Assembly: GCA_963740635.1 (NCBI GenBank)
Contig: CAVUEQ010000001.1
Span: forward strand, 17,026-81,025
Reading direction: 5' to 3'
DNA length: 64,000 nt
DNA from: an uncultured bacterium
Lineage (GTDB): Bacteria > Patescibacteriota > Saccharimonadia > UBA4664
Both the position numbers and the translations under genes were made by a program. The notes below the pieces were generated by a model. That model did no database searches. It was not told where the DNA came from and saw only the letters and a program-made list of their open reading frames with translations. Each line of letters starts with the position of its first letter. Position 1 is the first letter of the stretch. Of this stretch, positions 10,149 through 17,525 are shown piece after piece.

Positions 10149-11177
10149 ATGTTTGGCGCCTGGATAAAACGTAGTTCGTTGAAGCGGCCCATCAAGGGTT
10201 TTATGCTGGCGCGGACGGATGGACTTCGCGGGATACGGTTGGTATCAATAGCCGGTGTGTTCGTGGTTTTTGGAACGGTGGTGATTTTGGGGAGCCGGGC
10301 CGCCTGGCCTGTGACAGCGTTTGAGCTGGAGAGCGGGACGTTGACGAGTCCGGCCAGCGTGGTGATGCCGTCCGGCGCCAGTGGCACTGGGGCGGTGAAG
10401 TTTGGCGGTTCCGGCGTAGGGACGATAACCAACGGACAGCAAATCAACCCTGGAAACGTGGGCTGGCAAGCGTATCCGGCGGGATGCCCAGGTGGGCTCA
10501 CCATTTACAATTCGCAGGTCAGCACCTCGAGTATGCCTGGGCACGCGTCGACTTGCGGCTGGTTTAAGGCTGGCATAAACGTTGACTCGAACGCGAGCAT
10601 AACGGCGGCGCGAATAGATTTGACCAATATTGATACGCATGGATATACGCTGAACATTAGCTGGTCCAATCTCGACTCCATCACCCAGTGCGACGAGCCG
10701 TTGCATGGCGAGGGTGTCTTTAATGTCTACCGCTCCTCAACCACCGGCTGTAGCGACGGCCCGCGCATGGACGGCGACTCGGTCATCGAATCCTATGTCC
10801 GAACCCATGCCTGGTCCACCCTCGACCACAATGACGGTATGCAGGCCTACCTGGCCTCCGCCGGTTCCACCATCCTGCGCAACAACATCGACGGCCGGCC
10901 CGACAACGGCGCTGCCATGGGCGTTGCCTGGGGCAACTCAGCGATCTTCATGGCCGATGACAGCCAGGGTACCACCAAGATCCGTGACAACTACCTGGCC
11001 GGTGGCGGCTATACCTTGCGAATGCATGAGTCGCAGCTTTACCGCGTGACCGGTAACATCATCGTCAAAGATTCGTGGGCGTTTGGGCCCTTATCCACAA
11101 GCAATGCTGTATCAGGCGCATTTCTGGAGTGGAGCAACAATACTATCTCTGATGGTACCGTTTTGCCCCATCCGTAG
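10149..11177 (+). CDS. Secreted or anchored right-handed beta-helix-like protein, hypothetical
   Basis: ATG at 10149 gives a basic N-terminus plus TM (MFGAWIKRSSLKRPIK...VFVVFGTVVILG). ELESGTLTSPA...GAVKFGG and NNIDG../IRDNYLAGGGYTLRMH repeats. The track ORF upstream part overlaps the 5S. Confidence 0.7.
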   Translation: MFGAWIKRSSLKRPIKGFMLARTDGLRGIRLVSIAGVFVVFGTVVILGSRAAWPVTAFELESGTLTSPASVVMPSGASGTGAVKFGGSGVGTITNGQQINPGNVGWQAYPAGCPGGLTIYNSQVSTSSMPGHASTCGWFKAGINVDSNASITAARIDLTNIDTHGYTLNISWSNLDSITQCDEPLHGEGVFNVYRSSTTGCSDGPRMDGDSVIESYVRTHAWSTLDHNDGMQAYLASAGSTILRNNIDGRPDNGAAMGVAWGNSAIFMADDSQGTTKIRDNYLAGGGYTLRMHESQLYRVTGNIIVKDSWAFGPLSTSNAVSGAFLEWSNNTISDGTVLPHP

Positions 11178-11256
11178 TGGGATCGGCGCGGTGCCGAGCC
11201 GTAATTGTCGCCCGGCTGCTGGACGCGATTGGGATAAGTAGTATAACGTAAGTACA

Positions 11257-11427
11257 ATGTTTAACTCCTGGGTCCGGCGAAAATCACTGAAGAAGGCCAA
11301 CAAAAGCCGGTTCCTCGTATCCAATGGAGTGATGAGCCCGGTGATGCTTCTGAGCATGGTTGGGCTGTTGATTCTTATCGGTGTCTTTGTGGTGAGCTAC
11401 TCGATAGCAGCGCAGATCGGAAAATGA
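11257..11427 (+). CDS. 56-aa signal-anchor-only mini-protein (not in the ORF track, under 60 aa)
   Basis: MFNSWVRRKSLKKANKSRFL...LLILIGVFVV; paralog of 11424-11630 and of the N-terminus of 10149-11177; stop overlaps the next start (ATGA). Confidence 0.4.
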   Translation: MFNSWVRRKSLKKANKSRFLVSNGVMSPVMLLSMVGLLILIGVFVVSYSIAAQIGK

Positions 11428-11630
11428 TGATTAATTCATGGGTCCGCCGCAAATCGCTGAAAAAGCCTAGCAAAAATCGGTTTCTGGAGAGTGACCGGGC
11501 GATTAGTCCGGTGATGCTGCTAAGCCTTATTGGAATACTGGTTTTGGTTGGCATATTTGTGGTGCAGCATTCGTTGGCCGCTTCGCACCCTTCGCAAAAG
11601 CCGCCGCCAACCGGGCCGGCAAACCCGTAA
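11424..11630 (+). CDS. 68-aa signal-anchor mini-protein
   Basis: MMINSWVRRKSLKKPSKNRFL...ILVLVGIFVV, followed by a short P-rich tail. Confidence 0.45.
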   Translation: MMINSWVRRKSLKKPSKNRFLESDRAISPVMLLSLIGILVLVGIFVVQHSLAASHPSQKPPPTGPANP

Positions 11631-11705
11631 ACTCGATAAATCGCTTGGGCTGGACAAAGTTCTCGGGGAGTGTATTCTGGATATAAATAAGCATAGGCAT
11701 TATGC

Positions 11706-13211
11706 GTGAGCAGTAATCAGCATGAATCACTTGTGACTCGCAAAACACCGTTTGCGAAGCCGCAGCTTCTGGTGGTGGCGGCGGTAGCGGTATTGACCGG
11801 GGTGTATGTAGTGAGCCGGATTTATGCCGCTTCCGGATCGCTGACAATGGTGGCTAGTACAACTGCGGTCAATATTGGCAGCACAGTGACGGTGCAAATT
11901 CGGGAAAACAGCGGCACTGATACGGTGAACGCGGTGCAGGCCAACGTGGCTTTTGATTCGACTAAGCTACAGTATATGAGCGTGGACGAAACCGGCTCGG
12001 CTTTCGGGTTGGTGGCGGCGACGCAGGTAACTTCCGGGCAAGTCCAGCTAGCGCGCGGGACTTCGGGTGGCAGTCCGGCGGTTTCGGGGGACCAGTTGGT
12101 GACCACGTTGACGTTTAAGGCGCTGGCGGCCGGCCCGGTGCCGTTAACCTTCGCGGCCGGCTCGGTGCTGGTGCGCAGTACAGACAACGTGGACATCTTG
12201 GCGGTCAAGAATGGTGTGACGCTCAATCTCGCGGATTTGGCGGCTCCGACGGTTCCCGCGGGGCTGGCGTCGACTCAAGTCAGCGTGACGACCGCAACTT
12301 TGGGTTGGTCGGCCTCGACCGACAACATTGGAGTGACCGGCTACCATGTGTACCGGAATGGCACGCAGGTGGGGACGGTGCTGGCGCCGACGCTGGTCTT
12401 CAGCGACTCCGGGTTGACTCCAAATACCCAGTATATTTACCGGCTAACGGCTTATGATGCGGCCGGGAATGTGTCGGCCCAGACCGGCCCGGTGACCGTG
12501 ACAACCCCGCCCGATACCACGGCGCCGACATTGCCGGGTAAGCCCACGTCGGCGACGCAGACGATGACCTCGATCAGCCTGAGCTGGGCAGCGGCGACCG
12601 ATAACGTCGCGGTGACGGGCTACCGGGTTTACCGGAATGGAACGCAGGTGGGGGCCCCATCTACCACGAGCTATACGGATACGGGACTCGCGGTTAACAC
12701 GACCTACACATATACAATCGCGGCCGTGGATGCGGCGGGCAACGTGTCGGCTCTATCGTCGTCGACGGCGGTGAAGACCCTGCCCGACACCGCCGCGCCG
12801 ACCGTCCCGACTGGCTTGAGCGCGACAGCCTCGGGATTGAGCGTGGCGATGACCTGGACGGCATCGACTGACAATGTGGCTGTTACCGGCTATGCGGTGT
12901 ACCAGGACAACGTGCAGCTAGCAACCACAGCAACGCTTACGTATACGGCCTCAAATGTGGCGCCGGGAAACCACGCCTATGCGGTGCTGGCGTACGACGC
13001 GGCCGGCAACCGGTCGGCACTCACAACTGCCCAGACTGTCTCGGTATTTATCACCGGCGACATTAACCGTGACGGCAAGGTTGACGTGTTTGACCTGTCG
13101 ACATTACTGACCAACTGGTCACGCACCGGCACCAGCACCAGCGACTTAAACGCTGACAGTGTGGTGAACATCTTTGACCTGTCTATACTATTGTCCCGCT
13201 GGACCGGATAA
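11706..13211 (+). CDS. Cohesin - 3x fibronectin type III - dockerin protein (adaptor scaffoldin-like)
   Basis: N-terminal TM. Cohesin-like block (VTVQIRENSGTDTVNAVQANVAFDSTKLQY...LTFKALAAG). Three repeats of ...W.ASTDN..VTGY.VYRNG.Q... C-terminal duplicated Ca-loop DINRDGKVDVFD / DLNADSVVNIFD. Confidence 0.85.
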   Translation: MSSNQHESLVTRKTPFAKPQLLVVAAVAVLTGVYVVSRIYAASGSLTMVASTTAVNIGSTVTVQIRENSGTDTVNAVQANVAFDSTKLQYMSVDETGSAFGLVAATQVTSGQVQLARGTSGGSPAVSGDQLVTTLTFKALAAGPVPLTFAAGSVLVRSTDNVDILAVKNGVTLNLADLAAPTVPAGLASTQVSVTTATLGWSASTDNIGVTGYHVYRNGTQVGTVLAPTLVFSDSGLTPNTQYIYRLTAYDAAGNVSAQTGPVTVTTPPDTTAPTLPGKPTSATQTMTSISLSWAAATDNVAVTGYRVYRNGTQVGAPSTTSYTDTGLAVNTTYTYTIAAVDAAGNVSALSSSTAVKTLPDTAAPTVPTGLSATASGLSVAMTWTASTDNVAVTGYAVYQDNVQLATTATLTYTASNVAPGNHAYAVLAYDAAGNRSALTTAQTVSVFITGDINRDGKVDVFDLSTLLTNWSRTGTSTSDLNADSVVNIFDLSILLSRWTG

Positions 13212-13281
13212 TACAATGACAAACTTGACCAACCAGCATCCCATTCGGCATACTAACCATAAGGATTCTAAAGTCATAAAA

Positions 13282-13962
13282 ATGCTACGGAAACAGGTTA
13301 ATCTCGCAGTGATCGCAGTAGTACTCGCCGGTTTGGTGGTGAGCGCGGGGGCCAAGCCGGCTGAGGCGGCCTGCACGAATCCGGCTTCGACATATGGCAC
13401 CAACACAGTCACTTATAACGTGCCCACAGCCGGGACCTATCGGGTTTGGAGCCGCATTCAGGCGCCCGACGCTACCAACAACTCTTACTACCTGCAGGTT
13501 GACGGTGGCTGTGCCATTACGGTGGGGGATGCCACGATCGCTTCGGGATCTTGGGTTTGGGTGGACTACCAAGACGGCCTTAGTACATCCAAAACGAACC
13601 TGACGCTGACAGCCGGCAACCATACATTTGTGCTAACCGGCCGGGAGCCGGATGTGATGGTGGACCGGGTGGTGTTTGCGGCGGATACCGCCTGTGTGCC
13701 GACCGGTACCGGGGATAACTGCGCCACGGCCCCGACTCCGACGCCGACGGCTACCCCGACTCCCACGCCCACTGGCACGGTTTCGCCGACCCCTACCCCC
13801 TCGCCAAGTTCGGCTGACCTGAACAACGACACCAAGGTGAACGTGTTTGACCTATCGATACTGCTCAGCCACTGGGGAGGCTCAGGTACCGGTGACATCG
13901 ACGGCAATGGAACAGTGAACGTATTTGACCTCAGCCGGTTGCTGGCAGCGTGGACGGGTTGA
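13282..13962 (+). CDS. Secreted CBM6/35-like (galactose-binding-like) domain protein with C-terminal dockerin
   Basis: Signal peptide MLRKQVNLAVIAVVLAGLVVSAGAKPAEA. YRVWSRIQAP...YYLQVDG...LTAGNHTFVLTGRE block, PT linker, DLNNDTKVNVFD / DIDGNGTVNVFD. An alternative start at 13216 is possible. Confidence 0.8.
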   Translation: MLRKQVNLAVIAVVLAGLVVSAGAKPAEAACTNPASTYGTNTVTYNVPTAGTYRVWSRIQAPDATNNSYYLQVDGGCAITVGDATIASGSWVWVDYQDGLSTSKTNLTLTAGNHTFVLTGREPDVMVDRVVFAADTACVPTGTGDNCATAPTPTPTATPTPTPTGTVSPTPTPSPSSADLNNDTKVNVFDLSILLSHWGGSGTGDIDGNGTVNVFDLSRLLAAWTG

Positions 13963-13970
13963 TACGGGTC

Positions 13971-15566
13971 ATGCGAGGCATTCAAGACAGTCTGATATCG
14001 TCCAAGGTCAGTATCCGAAGTCCTAAATCAATGATGACTGCAGTGGTGGCCGTGGTGTTGGCGGTATCCGTGGGGACAGCACTGGTGGTCTCGAGCTTTG
14101 CATCAAACGAGCAGTTGTACCTCTCGCCGGCTACCGGTTCAGTACTGGTGGGCAACACTATCGCGGTCCAGATCCGGGTGAACTCAGGCACCAACGCCGT
14201 GAACGCGGTGCAGGCAAACCTGACCTATGACCCCGCCCAGCTCGAGTACCAGAGCACGGATGCCACTGGTACGGCTTTCGCGCTGGCCGCGGCGAGCACG
14301 ATCTCCAGCGGCAGCATTCAGCTGGCCCGGGCTACAGCGGGCGGTGACCCGGCGGTCACGGGTGACAATTTGTTCGCGACGGTGACGTTTAAGGCTTTGG
14401 TGGGCACAGGGACGGCCTCGATTGCGATTGCCGCGGGCTCACACGTAGTGCGGGCGAGTGACGCGGTGGACATCTTGGTGAACTCGGCCGGGGCGGACTA
14501 CACACTGACATCGCCGGTGCCGACTCCAACGCCCTCACCAACCCCTACTTCCACCGCCACCCCAACTCCGACGGCTACCCCCACGCCGACCCCGACAGCC
14601 ACACCGACGCCCACGCCGACTCCCACCCCCGCACCTACGCCGGTGGCGGTGAGCGGCGAGCTGCTGCTGTCGCCCGCAACGGCCAGCGTGACATCGGGTG
14701 CGAATGTGAGCTTCGAAGTACGCGAGAACTCTGGTACGACCCCAGTCAACGCGATTCAGGCCAACTTGGTGTATGACCCGGCTAAGCTGCAATACGTCAG
14801 CAATGACAGCAATGGTGCGGACTTCGGCTTGAGTGCCATCACTGATGCGACGAGCGGCAGCCTGAAGCTCACCCGGGCGTTGAACGGCGGCGACCCGCCG
14901 GTTACCGGTGATAAGCTCGTTGCCAACGTGACCTTTAAGGCCATTGCCGCCTCGGGATCCGCAACCATCAACTTTGACTCGGGGTCGGCGATAGCAACTG
15001 TGACGGGTACCGATGCGTTGCAGCAGACCGCCGGGGCGACGGTGGAAATTACGGCTGTGCAATCGGGCGGTGGTACTACGCCCACGCCTACCCCAACTCC
15101 GGCGCCGGTGGTGGTAACCCCGGTCGTGGGGGCCAAGAAGCCGCTGAAGGTGACAGGGACTACCCAGCTAACCACGCCGTCGATTAGCCAAGGTGCAGAC
15201 GTTAATTACGCGATTGACGATAAGCCGGTGAATACCACGGTCGACACAACCACATTGAGCAACGGTGAGCACACGGTTACGGCTACCACAACGGATAGTA
15301 ACGGCTCTACACAGGAAGTTAAACAACAAGTTGTCGTTACCAACAAGCAGCCGCTCTGGGCAACAATAGTGGCAGACGCCAAAACCTCTGGACCCCTCCT
15401 GGCTGTCGGCCTTGGCATTATGGTGGTAGTCGGCTTGCTCTGGTTCTTCGCCCACAAGTTCTTCCTGGGAACCGGTGCGGTCGCAGGCGGCGTACGGACC
15501 AATCTTGAATCACCGGTGGGCCCCGATGCAATTGACCTCGATCCAAAAAAGCCCACTGAAAGCTAA
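13971..15566 (+). CDS. Membrane-anchored scaffoldin-like protein with two cohesin domains
   Basis: Two cohesin-like blocks (IAVQIRVNSGTNAVNAVQANLTYDPAQLEY...; VSFEVRENSGTTPVNAIQANLVYDPAKLQY...) separated by a long PT linker, then an Ig-like segment and a C-terminal TM (LLAVGLGIMVVVGLLWFFAHKF). Start could be 13950, 13971 or 14031. Confidence 0.85.
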   Translation: MRGIQDSLISSKVSIRSPKSMMTAVVAVVLAVSVGTALVVSSFASNEQLYLSPATGSVLVGNTIAVQIRVNSGTNAVNAVQANLTYDPAQLEYQSTDATGTAFALAAASTISSGSIQLARATAGGDPAVTGDNLFATVTFKALVGTGTASIAIAAGSHVVRASDAVDILVNSAGADYTLTSPVPTPTPSPTPTSTATPTPTATPTPTPTATPTPTPTPTPAPTPVAVSGELLLSPATASVTSGANVSFEVRENSGTTPVNAIQANLVYDPAKLQYVSNDSNGADFGLSAITDATSGSLKLTRALNGGDPPVTGDKLVANVTFKAIAASGSATINFDSGSAIATVTGTDALQQTAGATVEITAVQSGGGTTPTPTPTPAPVVVTPVVGAKKPLKVTGTTQLTTPSISQGADVNYAIDDKPVNTTVDTTTLSNGEHTVTATTTDSNGSTQEVKQQVVVTNKQPLWATIVADAKTSGPLLAVGLGIMVVVGLLWFFAHKFFLGTGAVAGGVRTNLESPVGPDAIDLDPKKPTES

Positions 15567-15585
15567 ATTCCGAGCATAAAAACTA

Positions 15586-15614
15586 TTGACAGCATAAGCC
15601 GTTTATGCTAGTCT
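15586..15614 (+). promoter_or_regulatory. Candidate promoter of the KGG stress-protein gene
   Basis: TTGACA, 17 nt (containing the inverted repeat AGCATAA-N5-TTATGCT), TAGTCT. Confidence 0.5.
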
Positions 15615-15746
15615 AGTGAGCGCTAGTAGCATTTCAGCTATTCTACCAAGACAGTTATGTTCATTTGACGAACTTTTGGCGGAAGAGCTAAAGCTGCTAC
15701 GGACCGGATTTGAGAAAATCTGAACAACTAACTGAGGAGTGTAGCC

Positions 15747-15950
15747 ATGGCTGGTACCCAGAGTGGTGGCCGGAAGGCCGCCGCAACTAACAAGCAACGC
15801 TACGGTCTCAATTTCTACGAGCAGATTGGCCGCAAGGGCGGCAAGATATCTCGTGGCGGTGGGTTTGCGACAAACCGCAACCTCGCTGTTGAGGCCGGCC
15901 GCAAGGGCGGCAAAGCGTCTCGCCGCACCAAGTCCAACGCGGCCGCGTAA
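15747..15950 (+). CDS. KGG-repeat general stress protein (YciG/GsiB-like)
   Basis: Repeated GGKxS/RKGG motifs (IGRKGGKISRGGGFA...EAGRKGGKAS); GAGGAG RBS. Confidence 0.75.
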   Translation: MAGTQSGGRKAAATNKQRYGLNFYEQIGRKGGKISRGGGFATNRNLAVEAGRKGGKASRRTKSNAAA

Positions 15951-16003
15951 TTACGCTTAAAAAACGTAACCAAGGGGATACCGAAAGGGGTCTTTTTTGG
16001 TGT

Positions 16004-16486
16004 TTAGGCAGGTTTAGTGGCGGCCTCGGACATGCGTACGAAGCGGCTGGTGATGGTGCGCTTCACGCGGCGGTCCTTACGCCAGTTGACCACCCATTTG
16101 GCGCCGCAAGCGAAGCAGCCATAGGCGTCGCGGCCGCGCTGGAGGCTGAAGTTGTGGCAGTCGGGGCAGGTGGCGCGCTTGGTCAGCCAGTCGTCGTAGC
16201 TGGAGATGGTACTGGCGATGTGGGCCTCATTGATTTTGACGCCGAACTTTGGCGCGAGGTTACGGGCGATGTCCCAGGCTTCCATCTCCATGCGCAGCAG
16301 CTCCATGTCGTATTTATAAATGCGGTGGCCGAGGCGGGCGTGGCCGAGCTCGTGGAGGAGGGCCAGGCGGCCGTTGTTGGTGTCGATGCGGCGGGTGTCG
16401 ATGGTGATGGTGCGGGTGGCGGGGGACCACATGAAGTATCTTCCAGGAACAAAAGTTTGATCCGTAAAATTCTTCAGAAACTCCAT
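16004..16486 (-). CDS. HExxH zinc metallopeptidase-like protein (ImmA/IrrE-like) with C-terminal zinc ribbon
   Basis: LHELGHARLGH motif; CPDC...CFAC ribbon. Start at MEFLKNF behind a GGAGGG RBS; the track start at 16516 lacks an RBS. Confidence 0.65.
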   Translation of the reverse strand: MEFLKNFTDQTFVPGRYFMWSPATRTITIDTRRIDTNNGRLALLHELGHARLGHRIYKYDMELLRMEMEAWDIARNLAPKFGVKINEAHIASTISSYDDWLTKRATCPDCHNFSLQRGRDAYGCFACGAKWVVNWRKDRRVKRTITSRFVRMSEAATKPA

Positions 16487-16514
16487 GCTCACCCTCCTGA
16501 TAGACCTACCAAAC

Positions 16515-16543
16515 ACTATAGTGCGTTCGTGATTTTGGGTCGA
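16515..16543 (-). promoter_or_regulatory. Candidate promoter of the metallopeptidase-like gene
   Basis: On the minus strand: TCGACC, 17 nt, TATAGT; a CTTATGCT motif abuts the -35. Confidence 0.4.
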
Positions 16544-16599
16544 GCATAAGCGTTTTGGTTGGGCAATCGGCTGGCAAGGCTAAATTTTTGTATTTACGG

Positions 16600-16628
16600 T
16601 TGACTTTGACTGATGAATGTGTTAAATT
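16600..16628 (+). promoter_or_regulatory. Candidate promoter preceding a ~280-nt leader of the MPETG protein gene
   Basis: TTGACT, 17 nt, TAAATT. Confidence 0.45.
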
Positions 16629-16911
16629 AGATGGCATCGATCATGTGAGGGTGATGAGCGGTGTTGGGGTTTTGACCCATCCTGGAAGTGAGTGCTCACC
16701 TCCTTACTATCTGGATTGTGGACAAAGCCCCTACACCGCACGTGCGAGCGGTGAATGGTCCGGTGTTGCTTGGGTTTCGGCTCCTCCAAGGGTGTCCACT
16801 CCTCGGCAACACCGGGCCATTGTTGTTTGCGCCAATGCTTGATTTTTGTGGTTATGCTTGCTATTACCGGGTTCGAAGCGTACAAAGGTGTATGGACTTA
16901 AGGAGTGCAAC

Positions 16912-17400
16912 ATGAACCGCGACACAGTAAAGACATTTGCGGGTCTGATTATCATCGGCGGCATTGTGGTTGCGACGTTTATGTACGGCGATTCTCAGCG
17001 CAAGGCTCAGATTCAGCATGACCAGGACGTGAAGAAGCAGCAGGAGGCCAAGGTGGCGGCAGCGTCGACCTCGCCGACGGCCACGGCCAAGGCTACGGCA
17101 TCGGCGTCGCCTGCCCCGACGGCTACGGCCAACACCGCCCCGGTGAAGAGCCCGGGATCGAACAACATCCAGGGAGCTGGCACCAGCCCCACGCCGACTC
17201 CCAGTGCCAGCCCCACGCCGACCCCGACCGCCACGCCGGTGGCTGCGGCTGTGCCCCTGGCAGGCGGCAGCGGAACCTCAATGCCCGAAACCGGACCGGA
17301 GATGGCCGGCGCATTGGGATTGGGGTCTATTACGGCCATGGTTATTGCTGTCCGGCGTTCGCGCAAGGCTATGCTCAATGCCGCTCGCGGGCGGCGTTAG
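16912..17400 (+). CDS. Sortase-substrate-like surface protein (PT/A-rich) with an MPETG sorting signal
   Basis: AAGGAG RBS; N-terminal TM. C-terminus is MPETG (17281-17295), then a hydrophobic stretch and an RRSRK tail. Confidence 0.7.
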   Translation: MNRDTVKTFAGLIIIGGIVVATFMYGDSQRKAQIQHDQDVKKQQEAKVAAASTSPTATAKATASASPAPTATANTAPVKSPGSNNIQGAGTSPTPTPSASPTPTPTATPVAAAVPLAGGSGTSMPETGPEMAGALGLGSITAMVIAVRRSRKAMLNAARGRR

Positions 17401-17525
17401 CTGTTTACGGCCGCCAGTTTTTAGGGTAAAATTGGGACTAATCACTCTGTAGCTCGCAGGAGCAGAGAGTGAAATCTTTTTTCGAAGGAGAAGTACTTCG
17501 CCCGCGGGCGGAGGAAACGAACAAT

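Noticed and set aside
14520-14640. Short tandem repeats (accccgac/gcccacgcc units), considered as a CRISPR or VNTR. Similar stretches occur at 13735-13800, 15070-15110 and 17190-17230.
   Set aside because: They are in frame and encode Pro-Thr linkers between domains. There is no repeat-spacer architecture, and no cas genes are in the window.
16520-16911. Checked for tmRNA, RNase P RNA or SRP RNA, prompted by ggttcgaa and ctggattgtggac strings
   Set aside because: The diagnostic motifs are absent. I found none of these: the GGGG...TTCGAC 5' end and TpsiC/ACCA 3' end of tmRNA, the GAGGAAAGTCC of RNase P, or the GGAAGCAGCC of SRP.
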